A stretch of 55,762 nt of DNA from Bacillota bacterium (GTDB lineage: Bacteria; Bacillota; GCA-003054495; Carboxydocellales; JAJZTU01), in the NCBI GenBank assembly GCA_021848765.1, contig JAJZTU010000001.1, forward strand, positions 1 to 55,762. Direction: 5' to 3'. Below, in pieces: positions 31,955-41,465 of this stretch (position 1 is the first letter of the stretch; the number at the start of each line of letters is the position of its first letter). The notes under the pieces are model-generated. The model saw only the letters and a program-made list of their open reading frames with translations. It ran no database searches and was not told the origin of the DNA. The position numbers and the translations under genes are program-made.

Positions 31955-34522
31955 CTATATTTTCACCCCCGACAGCCGCAGGATACCAGGCATGTGCTGT
32001 ACAGTTTGTTTGGCAATGATTCGCCCGTCAAGCTGAATGATGATGGTTTGTTCTCCGCCGCCCATGTCGCCAAGTCTGCTCAATGGTAAAACTGCCTCAC
32101 TCTCCCCACCTTCGCCGACCATGGCTAGAGTGGGCCGGGTGACGATGCCGCCAGAGGCTAGGGCTGTGACTTTGCCCCCACCTAACCAATCCGGCATGTC
32201 CGGATTAGCTGCCCGATACTCGTCGGAGCCTATGGCAGGGCCACCACCATTAATAGCTGTGTTCATGTAATCGCTGGCCAACCGAGTGTTACCGGAATCC
32301 CAAGCCTTTTGTGCCGCGTCGAACAGGTAGTCCGCTGCGGTCCAGGATGTGCGTTTTTCTGCCTGGGTCTTATTGGTGGCTGCTATCTCAGCCCGGAGGT
32401 CTGATTGAGCCTTCTGCTCTTGCAACAGTTGCAAGTATAGCTTCTGGCTCTCGCTTGCGGCCTGGCCTTTGACCTTCACCATCTTATCGTAGGCCCTCTG
32501 CACCAGGGTCACGGTGTCATTTTGAGCCGCTAGTTGGGTGTTGAGCATATCAAGCTTAGTCTTGTATTTCTCGCTTTCAGTAGCAGTTTCGCCCATTTTG
32601 GCCATGAATAGGTCAAATTTGGCCTTGGCTATATCGCCGGTTAGGTTGAGTTTGCTTTGGATAGTATCCAGCGCACCAGCGATAGCCTCGGCCAGGAGTT
32701 TACTTTTGTCAGCCACTTTGCCCTTATTTTCTTCGATCCCTTGAGCTAAGCCCTCGGCTACATATTTACCGAACTCAGCCATGACTTTGGAGGGGGATTG
32801 AATACCAAGGAGGTTTTTGACCGGTTGGACTATGTTTTCGCTGACAAAGGTCTTGATTTTACCGACCAGCCAACCGCCTTTTTCGCTGATGCCTTGCCAG
32901 AGGCCTTCAACGATGTTGCGGCCTTTGTCAATGAACTTGGAAATGGTGCCAGAAAGAAAAGAGTCTACATTTGCAATTATATCCCTGACTTTCTGAACTA
33001 CCTGCTTTGGTCCGGCATTGGCTAATCCGGCCCCTAACCGTTCCATAAAGTACATGCCTTTAAGATACAGGGTCTCGCCGAAGTCCTTTATTCCGTTGAC
33101 CGCGCCAGTAATAACCTCCAGGAGCTTTGGCAGTAGTTTCCCACCTGATAAGCCGATTGATTTTGTAAAACCGTCCATCATAGCCCCAGCGAAATCTTTG
33201 AGTAATTGCCCTACCGGAGCAAGTGCCTCTTTCCCGAATTTGCTGACCTGTGTAACCATCCATGAGAGGAATTTTCCAGCTAGAGGAATTTTCGCAAGTC
33301 CTGCAGCTATTTTCGCCACGATACCCTCGGGAAGAAGGACGATGCCTAGAATTACTTCGAGAATTACATCCCAATGCTCCTTTAGGATTTGCCACCATAC
33401 AGCAGGGTCGAGTAGCCCGGCTGCAAAACCAAGAGCAAAACCAGCGGCGACCTTCACTGAATTTCTCCCAACTGCAGCCCAGTCTATCTGTTCCATTTCT
33501 TGTCCAAGTTTGTCTATAAGTGACTTCCCAAAGCCAGTCATGCTTTGAACCATTTTTTTCAATGCTTCACCAATGGCTTTCCCAACAGACTCCCAGTCCT
33601 GGCTTTGGATTTTAGTTTTCAGCTCTGCGATAAAGTCAGAGACATCCTTTAGGTTATCAGATAGCCCTGGCGGTACTAAAATCTTCAACGCCCCAGCCAA
33701 ACCGCCGCCAGAATCGAAGTTCTGTTGCAATTCAGCTACTGTATCCTTGACCACCGGAAGCACCTTTCCTTTCAAAATGTTAAAGATCGGCGCAAAAGCC
33801 GACCCTACAAGAAAAGTTGCCCCGTCTTTTATGTTGGACACCATGCCGTTCCAGGTGTTTTCCATGTTCTTCATCATGCCGCCATATCGCTTATTCATGC
33901 CCTCAGTTAGGATTTGAATAGCTTTGTCAGCAGGTATTACGCCTTTGGAAAGCATGTCCATCACATTTTTTTCGGTGGTATTAAATGCTTCTGCCAGCAT
34001 AGACAGGGCAGGTATGCCGTTTTCCCCCATCTGCTTTATTTCTTGCCAGGTTGCCCGGCCAGTGGCTTTAATCTGACCCATCGAGAGTAAAACCCTATCA
34101 ATTACTTCTTGCCCACCACCAACGGCGGCTACGGCATCGCCGACAGCCGTTAGAGTTGGGATGACTTGCTTTGACTCAAAACCAAAGGCAATCATCTTTT
34201 TGGCCGCATCACGGAGACCCGGGAAATCAAAGGGTGTGTTTTTTGCAAAATCAGCTAGTTCTTTCAGGAAAGCATCGGCCTTTTCAGCGCTGCCCAGCAT
34301 GGTTGTGAATCCCATTTGGGCCTGCTCCATGGAAGCGTTGAACCCAATGCCAAGTTGGGTGAGTGCACCAGTGGCGATACCTCCAATTACTGTGCCGATA
34401 GTTACAGCGTTGGAGGTGATAGAGTCAACAAACGAACTAAAACCTTTATTCGCGCCCTTTAGCCCTCTGTAGAAGTCTTTATCGCTAAGTCTTAGCTGTG
34501 CGAACAATTCTCCGACTTTCAT
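31955..34522 (-). CDS. Tape measure protein
   Basis: At 855 aa it is the largest tail ORF. It follows the G/GT chaperone and has long helical and Gly/Ala-rich segments. Confidence 0.9.
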   Translation of the reverse strand: MKVGELFAQLRLSDKDFYRGLKGANKGFSSFVDSITSNAVTIGTVIGGIATGALTQLGIGFNASMEQAQMGFTTMLGSAEKADAFLKELADFAKNTPFDFPGLRDAAKKMIAFGFESKQVIPTLTAVGDAVAAVGGGQEVIDRVLLSMGQIKATGRATWQEIKQMGENGIPALSMLAEAFNTTEKNVMDMLSKGVIPADKAIQILTEGMNKRYGGMMKNMENTWNGMVSNIKDGATFLVGSAFAPIFNILKGKVLPVVKDTVAELQQNFDSGGGLAGALKILVPPGLSDNLKDVSDFIAELKTKIQSQDWESVGKAIGEALKKMVQSMTGFGKSLIDKLGQEMEQIDWAAVGRNSVKVAAGFALGFAAGLLDPAVWWQILKEHWDVILEVILGIVLLPEGIVAKIAAGLAKIPLAGKFLSWMVTQVSKFGKEALAPVGQLLKDFAGAMMDGFTKSIGLSGGKLLPKLLEVITGAVNGIKDFGETLYLKGMYFMERLGAGLANAGPKQVVQKVRDIIANVDSFLSGTISKFIDKGRNIVEGLWQGISEKGGWLVGKIKTFVSENIVQPVKNLLGIQSPSKVMAEFGKYVAEGLAQGIEENKGKVADKSKLLAEAIAGALDTIQSKLNLTGDIAKAKFDLFMAKMGETATESEKYKTKLDMLNTQLAAQNDTVTLVQRAYDKMVKVKGQAASESQKLYLQLLQEQKAQSDLRAEIAATNKTQAEKRTSWTAADYLFDAAQKAWDSGNTRLASDYMNTAINGGGPAIGSDEYRAANPDMPDWLGGGKVTALASGGIVTRPTLAMVGEGGESEAVLPLSRLGDMGGGEQTIIIQLDGRIIAKQTVQHMPGILRLSGVKI

Positions 34523-34593
34523 TAAATATCACCTCTCGCCCTTTAGCTTTGGGAATTCTTGTTATATAATGGGAAGAAAAGGAGTGTGATCGC

Positions 34594-35073
34594 ATGATTA
34601 ATTGTCCTCACTGCACGTACGAAATTACACCAATCGCTAAGCCAAAGAAGAATGCTATCTATTTTTTAACCCTTCCGACATGGGCGCTTTCTGGATTAGC
34701 TCTAAATCAATGGCTACCCCATACCGGCCAAGGAATTACTAGCGCCATCATCGCAGGTGTCGTCTACCAAATGCTGAAAAAGGTCTTGGTGAAACGTTAT
34801 TGTCCCCTGTGCGAAAAAGAGATTGCTACGGCGAAATCGACTGGAACAAGCAAAGAAGAACAACTGAACAAAAGGTTATCGGAGTTTGAGAACTTTTGGT
34901 TTGAGAATCATCATTGTGAACTTCCGGATGTTGCAAAACAAATAATTCTCGAGGGCGGCAGTAAAATAGCCGCCATAAAAGCGGCTAAAAGAGCAATAGG
35001 CGAGCCGGATACCTGGCTTGGTTCCTTCAAGGCGGGCTTGCAAGAGGGATCGACCAAGGAGAAAAGCAACTAA
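34594..35073 (+). CDS. Opposite-strand moron: Zn-ribbon / 2-TM / L7-L12-C-like protein
   Basis: 159 aa with RBS AAAGGAG. CPHC...CPLC bracket two TM helices. The C-terminal GGSKIAAIKAAKRAIG resembles the L7/L12 C-domain motif (G.KI.AIK..R..TG). Confidence 0.65.
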   Translation: MINCPHCTYEITPIAKPKKNAIYFLTLPTWALSGLALNQWLPHTGQGITSAIIAGVVYQMLKKVLVKRYCPLCEKEIATAKSTGTSKEEQLNKRLSEFENFWFENHHCELPDVAKQIILEGGSKIAAIKAAKRAIGEPDTWLGSFKAGLQEGSTKEKSN

Positions 35074-35704
35074 CTTCCCGGAACCCACAAGCCTTTAGCT
35101 TTCGCTAACTTAATAAGAGATGCCAAGTCGTCTTTAGGCTTGGCATCTTTCTTGTTTCTTTCCGGCAATTTACCTACAAAGTCCTCTGCTTTGATGGCTT
35201 TCTTTTTCTTTCCTCGTTGCATGTTAGCCGTTACTGCGGCCAGAAAGGCAAACCGGTAGGATTCCTGATAATCCGCATATTTCAGCTGGAATTTCAGCTC
35301 TTGGGCTATTTCGCTCACTTCGGAGGGTGTTAACTTCTTGGTGTCGTCTACCGTCCACCCGAACTCACGGGCGAAAAGAACTATGACTTCCGGGCTAATC
35401 CAGCGAGAGCAAGATTGATTAACGGTCCAGCCACTCGCTTCAGGCCGAAAAAATTTACATCAATAAACGCCTCCACCGCTTCCTCGATTTCACTGGGGTA
35501 GGCGTTTCTTAAATCTTCGTCAGTTATGCTTATCCCTAGAATCTGTTTAACATCGGTGTAGATAGTGGTTATTAGCTCGTTAAAGTTATTTAGAGACAGG
35601 AATTTCTCGACTTTAACATTCTTGAACAGTTCCTCAAGTTCGGAGATTCTTTTTTCGGTTATCTCAAAGGATTTCCCATTGATTGTTATTGCTTTAGTCC
35701 TCAT
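35070..35704 (-). CDS. Tail assembly chaperone G-T fusion (via -1 programmed frameshift)
   Basis: The -1 frame is open from the slippery site to 35070. The T part carries AREFGWTVDDTKKLTPSEV. Confidence 0.7.
35381..35704 (-). CDS. Tail assembly chaperone (gpG-like)
   Basis: 107-aa ORF between the tail-tube genes and the tape measure. Confidence 0.8.
   Translation of the reverse strand: MRTKAITINGKSFEITEKRISELEELFKNVKVEKFLSLNNFNELITTIYTDVKQILGISITDEDLRNAYPSEIEEAVEAFIDVNFFGLKRVAGPLINLALAGLARKS
35447..35453 (-). promoter_or_regulatory. Slippery heptamer U UUU UUC for the -1 frameshift
   Basis: On the minus strand the sequence reads AAT TTT TTC GGC, which fits X XXY YYZ in the zero frame. Confidence 0.65.
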
Positions 35705-35717
35705 AGATTAGCCCCCT

Positions 35718-36329
35718 TTAGCCTTCATGATAGTACAACGGCCCCACGCCTTGGAAATCAATGCCCTCCTGAACCACATCGTCCACATTGGCCTCTATCC
35801 CGTCCCCAGTGATGATTGCAAATCCCTCAAACCGATATTTGGCCGCTCCGGAATCTGCATAAAGAACTACGACCACCTCAGTACCTAGTTTATCAAAGAA
35901 AGATGAGTCGCCCCAGTAGGCTTCAGCACTACCCGACCATTCTTTAAGCGCGGACTGGAATTCCTTCCACCCGCTAGACATAAAGGTGGTAATATCGGAC
36001 ATATCCGCTCCCATGTCGGCAGACCAGTTAAAGAACCCACCGGATTGAGCAACCGTGAGCGAAGAGCCTGAAACCGTGATTACTTCGGTAGTTAAGGCGG
36101 TATCAAATACCACCACTCCACCTGCGTACTCGATGGTAAAGCCAGTAGTCTGGACAACTGCATCTTTCTTCACCGTGACAGCTGTATTCTTATCCCAATA
36201 CCTTTTTGCGGTATTGGTTATGGTATAACGCTTTTTCGCTGCATCAGCGGTAGTAGCTTCGTCCACGAATGCTACCGGGGCAGCGCTAGTCTGGACGTAT
36301 ACGGCCCCTAGCTTTCCTTGAAGCGCCAA
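35718..36329 (-). CDS. Second major-tail-like protein (paralog with an insertion)
   Basis: 203 aa with a TTG start 9 nt after GGAGG. It shares GWKEF...LKEWSGSAE.YW with the gene at 36486-36881. Confidence 0.65.
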   Translation of the reverse strand: MALQGKLGAVYVQTSAAPVAFVDEATTADAAKKRYTITNTAKRYWDKNTAVTVKKDAVVQTTGFTIEYAGGVVVFDTALTTEVITVSGSSLTVAQSGGFFNWSADMGADMSDITTFMSSGWKEFQSALKEWSGSAEAYWGDSSFFDKLGTEVVVVLYADSGAAKYRFEGFAIITGDGIEANVDDVVQEGIDFQGVGPLYYHEG

Positions 36330-36468
36330 CTTCAGTCACCTCCCACAGGTTGTTCTCCTTCTCTAGTTTCTCTTGAGCTATTGCGTCCTTAAATTCCACC
36401 AAATCCCCTGGTCGGGCAACAAAGTTAGGGCCAAGGTAGTCCTCGGCCCCCACGTATTTCAAAATCAT
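36286..36468 (-). CDS. Hypothetical small protein
   Basis: 60-aa ORF with RBS GGTGGGGTG. It overlaps the next gene by 44 nt. Confidence 0.4.
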   Translation of the reverse strand: MILKYVGAEDYLGPNFVARPGDLVEFKDAIAQEKLEKENNLWEVTEVGASRKARGRIRPD

Positions 36469-36485
36469 ATTAATTCACCCCACCA

Positions 36486-36881
36486 TTAAACCGTATAGGT
36501 CAGTGCGCCAGAGCCTTGAAAATCAAAGGTTACGGTTATCTTGTCGTCCACCGGGTCCTCTATGCCAACAGAGGATACAAATATAGCCCCACTAAATTTC
36601 GGACTAGTTGTGCCAAGGCGAAATTCTGCGGACAACGAAGTTCCCGCAGCCCAAGCATCATAAATCGCTTTCTGCCCGGTGGTGTCAGTAAACTTGAAGT
36701 TGCCCTCTGCGCTGCCGCTCCATTCTTTCAAACCGGCCAGATATTCTTTCCATCCGTTGGAGTCAAAATTGGTAGTGTCAATATTGTCGCCACCTAAATC
36801 CAGGGACCAACCGCTAATTTCGGCCACCTTCGCCGGGGTAGCGCCCACGTATAACGAGCCGCTTTTGCCTGCAATTGCCAC
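36486..36881 (-). CDS. Major tail (tube) protein
   Basis: 131 aa with a pattern like the phi13/TP901-type major tail protein (SGWSLDLGGDNIDTTNFDSNGWKEYLAGLKEWSGSAEGNF). Confidence 0.75.
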   Translation of the reverse strand: MAIAGKSGSLYVGATPAKVAEISGWSLDLGGDNIDTTNFDSNGWKEYLAGLKEWSGSAEGNFKFTDTTGQKAIYDAWAAGTSLSAEFRLGTTSPKFSGAIFVSSVGIEDPVDDKITVTFDFQGSGALTYTV

Positions 36882-36897
36882 TTATATCACTCTCCTT

Positions 36898-37317
36898 CTA
36901 CTCTTGGTGCCAGATAATAAAATCAACCGGGATATGGTATAGCCCGGTTTTCCCTTCGGTTTCCTCTTCGTATAGGTCGAATTCATTTTCAAAAAGAACC
37001 GCATCCACTTGCACTCCGCCAGCACCGCCCATGATTCCGCTAAAATCCTGCAAAGCCGCTTGCACCTGCTTGACTACGGCTTTGGCCTTGCTATAGGTTT
37101 GTGCCCAACACGAGATTTGAAATCGCGGATGAGCCGTTCCTGGGTCCGTCTGAAGCGCATGTAATCGCGGTCCGCTAACTTTCTGGTATGTTATTGCTGG
37201 GTAACTACCTTTTTGCGGCAGGACCAGCGGGTAGATTCTGTTGCCCACCAGGGCAGTGAGATTAGCGTAGGTGTTTAAGTGGGCATATAAGGCTTCTTCG
37301 ATAATCATGCTATACAC
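36898..37317 (-). CDS. Tail completion / tail terminator-like protein
   Basis: 139-aa ORF located between the gp10-like gene and the major tail gene. Confidence 0.6.
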   Translation of the reverse strand: MYSMIIEEALYAHLNTYANLTALVGNRIYPLVLPQKGSYPAITYQKVSGPRLHALQTDPGTAHPRFQISCWAQTYSKAKAVVKQVQAALQDFSGIMGGAGGVQVDAVLFENEFDLYEEETEGKTGLYHIPVDFIIWHQE

Positions 37318-37690
37318 CCCGCTCCACTGCTTCTTTTAGCACTCTTCGTATTTCCTTTCGGGCCTCTTGGACGTTTTCATCGAAAGCTGGCCTAAGGAAG
37401 GGTTTGGCGGCCATCTTTTTGGTGCCCAGCTCTACAAAAGTACCATAAAAACCTTCATCATTAGGGCCAATCGTGGCAATGGCGTTATAAGGTGTTCTTT
37501 CTTTGAGTTTAACGCCAATAGATCTTTTAAGCTTCCCAGTTTTCACTGGAGCCTTATCTTTCGATGCTTTTTCTATAACCTTTGCTCCTGCCATGACCGC
37601 TTCCACAAGCACTTCCTCGACGTTCTGTCCCACTTTTTCAAGCGCCTGTTTTAACTCTTTTAGGCCCTTGACCTGCATCTTGGTACGCAT
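37310..37690 (-). CDS. HK97 gp10-family head-tail protein
   Basis: 126 aa. The motif KAPVKTGKLKRSI is typical of the family. Confidence 0.75.
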   Translation of the reverse strand: MRTKMQVKGLKELKQALEKVGQNVEEVLVEAVMAGAKVIEKASKDKAPVKTGKLKRSIGVKLKERTPYNAIATIGPNDEGFYGTFVELGTKKMAAKPFLRPAFDENVQEARKEIRRVLKEAVERGV

Positions 37691-38008
37691 TTAGACCACC
37701 TCTTTGCACATCAATTGCAATTCCCGGTTTCGCTCATCCAGATTAATGACGCTCTGAATGTCATAAACCCGGCTTCCGTACAGTGCTCTCATGGTTGGGA
37801 CAACTCCAGAGCGGTATCTTATACGAATCCTGGTTGTGACTTCGGCATTAACCTGCTGAGCGCCGAAAAACTCCCGTCCTCGCAGAGGCTCAACGACGGC
37901 CCAAACCGTTGCAACGTCGCTCCAGGTAACGGATTCCGCCCCAAAGGAGTCCCTGGTTACGCTTTTCTGTTGGATTTTTACTCTGTGCCTTAATTCGCCT
38001 GCGTTCAA
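37691..38008 (-). CDS. Head-tail adaptor (head closure, Phage_H_T_join type)
   Basis: 105 aa with LRHRVKIQQ...D.FG......W..V..VWA.VEPLRGRE. Confidence 0.8.
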   Translation of the reverse strand: MNAGELRHRVKIQQKSVTRDSFGAESVTWSDVATVWAVVEPLRGREFFGAQQVNAEVTTRIRIRYRSGVVPTMRALYGSRVYDIQSVINLDERNRELQLMCKEVV

Positions 38009-38020
38009 AGATCATCCCCC

Positions 38021-38593
38021 CTACACCGGGACAACCCGATCCATCGTGAGCAGCGCATGAACCGCAAACTCAATCTCTCTGCTGATGGCCCCACTTATTG
38101 CCGCTTCCCGGTTTTCGTTCCAATGTCCTATAAGCAGTAACATCGCTTGTTTGACTTGCTGTGGGACGCTCGCCACCGCTCCATAGCCCGCTACAAACGT
38201 TACCACAATCCCATTTGCCGGTCGGAGGGTGGTCGAGGGCCAGCTTTTGCCATAGGCCAGGACAGCTCTCCCAGGTTCACTGACACTGTCAACGAAATAG
38301 TCAGCCGGGGCCAGAGTATACTCAGCATTGTCGGTGCCGTAGTATTTGATTGAGGTTATAGACTGTAGTGGAGGCCGGGGAATCTGGATATATTCCGGCC
38401 AGGCATCAAGCCATAGCTCGTAGGTTTGCGTGACAAAAGCGCGATTCTGAAAGCCCTGGGCATACTCCCTGGCAGCGATAATGAGCGATGTAATCAGGCT
38501 GTCATCATCGATGGTATCCACGCGGAGATGTGACTTCGCGGTTGTCAGGTCGATAGGCTCAGATACTGGGGCGGTTATGAGCTTGAGGGCCAT
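38021..38593 (-). CDS. Head-tail connector (gp6-like)
   Basis: The N-terminal pattern is DLTTAKSHLRVDTIDDDSLITSLIIAAREYAQ. Confidence 0.8.
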   Translation of the reverse strand: MALKLITAPVSEPIDLTTAKSHLRVDTIDDDSLITSLIIAAREYAQGFQNRAFVTQTYELWLDAWPEYIQIPRPPLQSITSIKYYGTDNAEYTLAPADYFVDSVSEPGRAVLAYGKSWPSTTLRPANGIVVTFVAGYGAVASVPQQVKQAMLLLIGHWNENREAAISGAISREIEFAVHALLTMDRVVPV

Positions 38594-38594
38594 T

Positions 38595-38810
38595 CTACTT
38601 CACCGCCTTCCTCCGCTTTACGGGGTGTGGCTCAGCTTTTTCCAGTGGTTCAATGATCACGACTTCCGGCTTTGGCAATTCCTCTGCGATTCCGGCATTA
38701 ACCCAGCGTTCGGCCTCCGCAACATCTATTTCGGCAATATCACCTGGAGCATAACTCCATGTAACCGAAGCGATACTGACCAGTACTTTAACTTTTTTCA
38801 TAGTTCTCAC
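38595..38810 (-). CDS. Hypothetical protein
   Basis: 71-aa ORF inside the head module. Confidence 0.5.
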   Translation of the reverse strand: MRTMKKVKVLVSIASVTWSYAPGDIAEIDVAEAERWVNAGIAEELPKPEVVIIEPLEKAEPHPVKRRKAVK

Positions 38811-38851
38811 CCCAAAAGGGGCGGGAGGGAGACCTCCCGCTCAATTATCGA

Positions 38852-39259
38852 TTAGCTGGCTGGTTTGCTCCGGGCATGTCCGCGCACTACTACTGCTGAC
38901 ATTGGCAGACTCGGGCCAGTGCCGGTAACCGCAGTCACAGCTACACGGAGATACCTTTTAGTACCGATATATCCCCGCTCATAAAGTGCGACGTCGTTGG
39001 TAGTATCGATGGTTGTCGGCAGGGCTCCACCGATCAAATCGGCAGCCGCAACAGCAGTAAAGGTGCTGTTGTCATCGCTTTCTTGAATTTGGATGGTTGC
39101 GGTGGGGGTAGTTCCTGCGAAGGTCCCCAGGTCAATAAGCACATCCGCGCTCTCGAAGCCTTGCAAGTCAACCCCTGTTCCGTTAGCCGCCGCAGTTACG
39201 GCTTGCGCAACAATGGACGAAGCCGGGGATACGCTGTTATATAAGTCTCTACTTGCCAT
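38852..39259 (-). CDS. Hypothetical virion protein downstream of the capsid gene
   Basis: 135 aa, rich in T/A/G. RBS is GGAGGGATAATAATG. Confidence 0.6.
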   Translation of the reverse strand: MASRDLYNSVSPASSIVAQAVTAAANGTGVDLQGFESADVLIDLGTFAGTTPTATIQIQESDDNSTFTAVAAADLIGGALPTTIDTTNDVALYERGYIGTKRYLRVAVTAVTGTGPSLPMSAVVVRGHARSKPAS

Positions 39260-39314
39260 TATTATCCCTCCTCAATTTGGAGGGAGGGGATTGGCCCCTC
39301 CCTAATCACTCAGA

Positions 39315-40520
39315 TTACGCCTGTTTCAGGGCCTTCACAGCTTCGGCCAAGGTCAGTAGGCCGTCGACCCGCTGCCAGGCCCGGAAGCCAACTTGTCCGT
39401 TTGCGGCATACAGTTCGCCTAACCGTTGAAACACACGTCCAGCTCTGTCGGAAATCCAGTAGTAACTGAAGTCGCCGAACAGGATGGACTTGTTGCCAGT
39501 GGCTATAGCAGGCATATCGGCAGAGGCTACAATGGCCTGACCCAAGAGACGGTCAGGTTCACCGGCTTGCAGGCCAGGCTGCCAAATGTACTGACTGTCA
39601 GCATCCTTCAGTTTGCGGATAGCCTTGATAGTAGCATCTTGAGCCATGAAAGTTCCTTTGCGCCGGTAAGGACGTTTGACGCTGTGGTACAGGTCAACAA
39701 TCTCATCGGTAGTGATGGCAGTCGCAGAGGCTGCGGTTACGCCAACCTGTGCATCGACAACAATTCCCTTGGGCTTGTTGATGCCGTCTCCATTCACAAA
39801 GGCAGACTCTTCCTTGGCACCAATCCGGCGAACAAATTCATTCTGGATGTACCCCTCAAGGTCGAACACAGAATCCTGCAGCAGTTCTTCAGAAACCTTG
39901 ATCAGGCAGGTCAGTTTATGTGCCCGCAGGGTCTTTTGCCCAAAAGTTTCATCAGATTCAGTGAATGGATCATTTTCACCGGTCCAATATGCAATGCCGT
40001 GGCTATCAACTACAGGGATGTTGCGGTCATTGCTGCTACGGATTACGGCGGCCAGGGTCCTCATGACATTTTCTTCTTCCAGAGCCTGAATCAGTTGGGT
40101 CTCGTAAGATTCCCCGACCAAGAAGCCGCCGGCGGTGTCAGTGCCGACAAAGAGGCTGTTGCGGACCTCCTGGAGTAACCGGTACTGCTGCGGCTCCAGG
40201 GCATTGTGACCATGCCGGATAGCGTTCCAGAATGCATCTTGATACTCTTGAGATGCTCTGGGATTAGTTTCCCGACTTGCGCTTGGGGTCGGATGGTTGG
40301 TAGGTCCGGGGCTATTCCGCATTTCGGCTTCGAGTTGCTTGACCCGCTCTTCCCGCCTGATTTCATCGGCCATTCTGTCCACGTCAGCCATAATCCTGTC
40401 GTACTTCTGCTGCTCTTCAGCAGTCAGTCCCCGGTTCTCCTTGCCGGCCAGGTCGAGGATTTCCCTTGCTTCGACTACAAGCGAAGCTCTTTTACCCTTC
40501 ATTTCATTAATGTCTCTCAC
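39315..40520 (-). CDS. Major capsid protein, HK97 family
   Basis: 401 aa with an N-terminal coiled-coil delta domain and an HK97-fold core. It follows the ClpP-type protease. Confidence 0.9.
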   Translation of the reverse strand: MRDINEMKGKRASLVVEAREILDLAGKENRGLTAEEQQKYDRIMADVDRMADEIRREERVKQLEAEMRNSPGPTNHPTPSASRETNPRASQEYQDAFWNAIRHGHNALEPQQYRLLQEVRNSLFVGTDTAGGFLVGESYETQLIQALEEENVMRTLAAVIRSSNDRNIPVVDSHGIAYWTGENDPFTESDETFGQKTLRAHKLTCLIKVSEELLQDSVFDLEGYIQNEFVRRIGAKEESAFVNGDGINKPKGIVVDAQVGVTAASATAITTDEIVDLYHSVKRPYRRKGTFMAQDATIKAIRKLKDADSQYIWQPGLQAGEPDRLLGQAIVASADMPAIATGNKSILFGDFSYYWISDRAGRVFQRLGELYAANGQVGFRAWQRVDGLLTLAEAVKALKQA

Positions 40521-40538
40521 AAAAGAGCCCTCCCTTTG

Positions 40539-41345
40539 TTAAATAATTTCTTTTTCCTTTATTTCAAGCTGCCTGCGCTTCAAGGCTAACAGCTCAGCAT
40601 TTGGATTGTGTTCTCCCGTTGATTCATCCGGTGCCGGCGGTGCCGGTGGTTCGTTTTGCTGATTTTTGGGCTTTTCAGGCGGCAAAATGACTAGTTTTGG
40701 TGCGTTTTTATACTTTTTTAGATCTATTTGCTGCCCGTTTATAGTGAGAATTCCGGCTTTCAGAGACGCTGCAACCGCTTTTTCTGGTTCAATCTCATCC
40801 ACAAAGCCATAAGAAACCGCTTCCTCGGCCGTCATCCATGTCTCAGCTTTCATTAGCTCAACAATTTTTTCTTTGCTCAAACCTGTCTTGCTCTCGTATG
40901 CGGCAATTATTGACTCCTCGATTTTCTCCAAATCGTCAGCGAGTTTTCGGAAATCATCAGAGTTTCCTGCGGCCCAAGTCCATGCCTTATGTACCATCAT
41001 CATTGCGTTTTTGGGCATGTAGACTGTGTCCCCGGCCATTGCTATAACTGATGCTATGGAGGCGGCCAAACCGTCAACGTAGACGCTGATTTTGGCGTTA
41101 TGCCGCTTCAATATGCTGTGAATGGCTTGTCCCGCAAACACATCACCGCCCGGGCTATTAATAAAGACCTTGATTTCGCTGACATTTCCCAGTGCATCAA
41201 GGTCTTCTTTGAATTGCTTTGGCGTTACCTCATCTCCCCACCAGGAGGAGCTGCTGATTTCGCCATATAGGAGCAGTTCCGCGCTTTCTGAGTTCGCTTC
41301 CGCTCGGAAGTTCCAAAACTTTTTATTATTTTTCAAACCCTTCAC
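40539..41345 (-). CDS. Head maturation protease, ClpP family
   Basis: INSPGGDVFAGQAI and ASIASVIAMAGD. The likely real start is TTG at 41336. Confidence 0.9.
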   Translation of the reverse strand: MKGLKNNKKFWNFRAEANSESAELLLYGEISSSSWWGDEVTPKQFKEDLDALGNVSEIKVFINSPGGDVFAGQAIHSILKRHNAKISVYVDGLAASIASVIAMAGDTVYMPKNAMMMVHKAWTWAAGNSDDFRKLADDLEKIEESIIAAYESKTGLSKEKIVELMKAETWMTAEEAVSYGFVDEIEPEKAVAASLKAGILTINGQQIDLKKYKNAPKLVILPPEKPKNQQNEPPAPPAPDESTGEHNPNAELLALKRRQLEIKEKEII

Positions 41346-41351
41346 CTCCCT

Positions 41352-41465
41352 TCAAAAAAATAAAAAACACCATTTAGGTGCATTATGACTTTTATTCCTG
41401 CCCACTAACTCAATCACTACAAGCCTACCGAATCGCCTGTTTGTTAAATCCAAAAATTTAGGCAT
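41352..41465 (-). pseudogene. Truncated N-terminal stub of a homing-endonuclease-like gene
   Basis: The 37-aa ORF reads MPKFLDLTNRRFGRLVVIELVGRNKSHNAPKWCFLFF*. The L.L.G.RFGRL.V opening is typical of phage endonuclease-type ORFs that normally continue with W.C.CdCG. Confidence 0.3.

Noticed and set aside
35070-35318. The 82-aa ORF as an independent gene.
   Set aside because: Its frame is open upstream to the slippery U UUU UUC site inside gpG. It encodes the typical gpT extension and has no RBS of its own.
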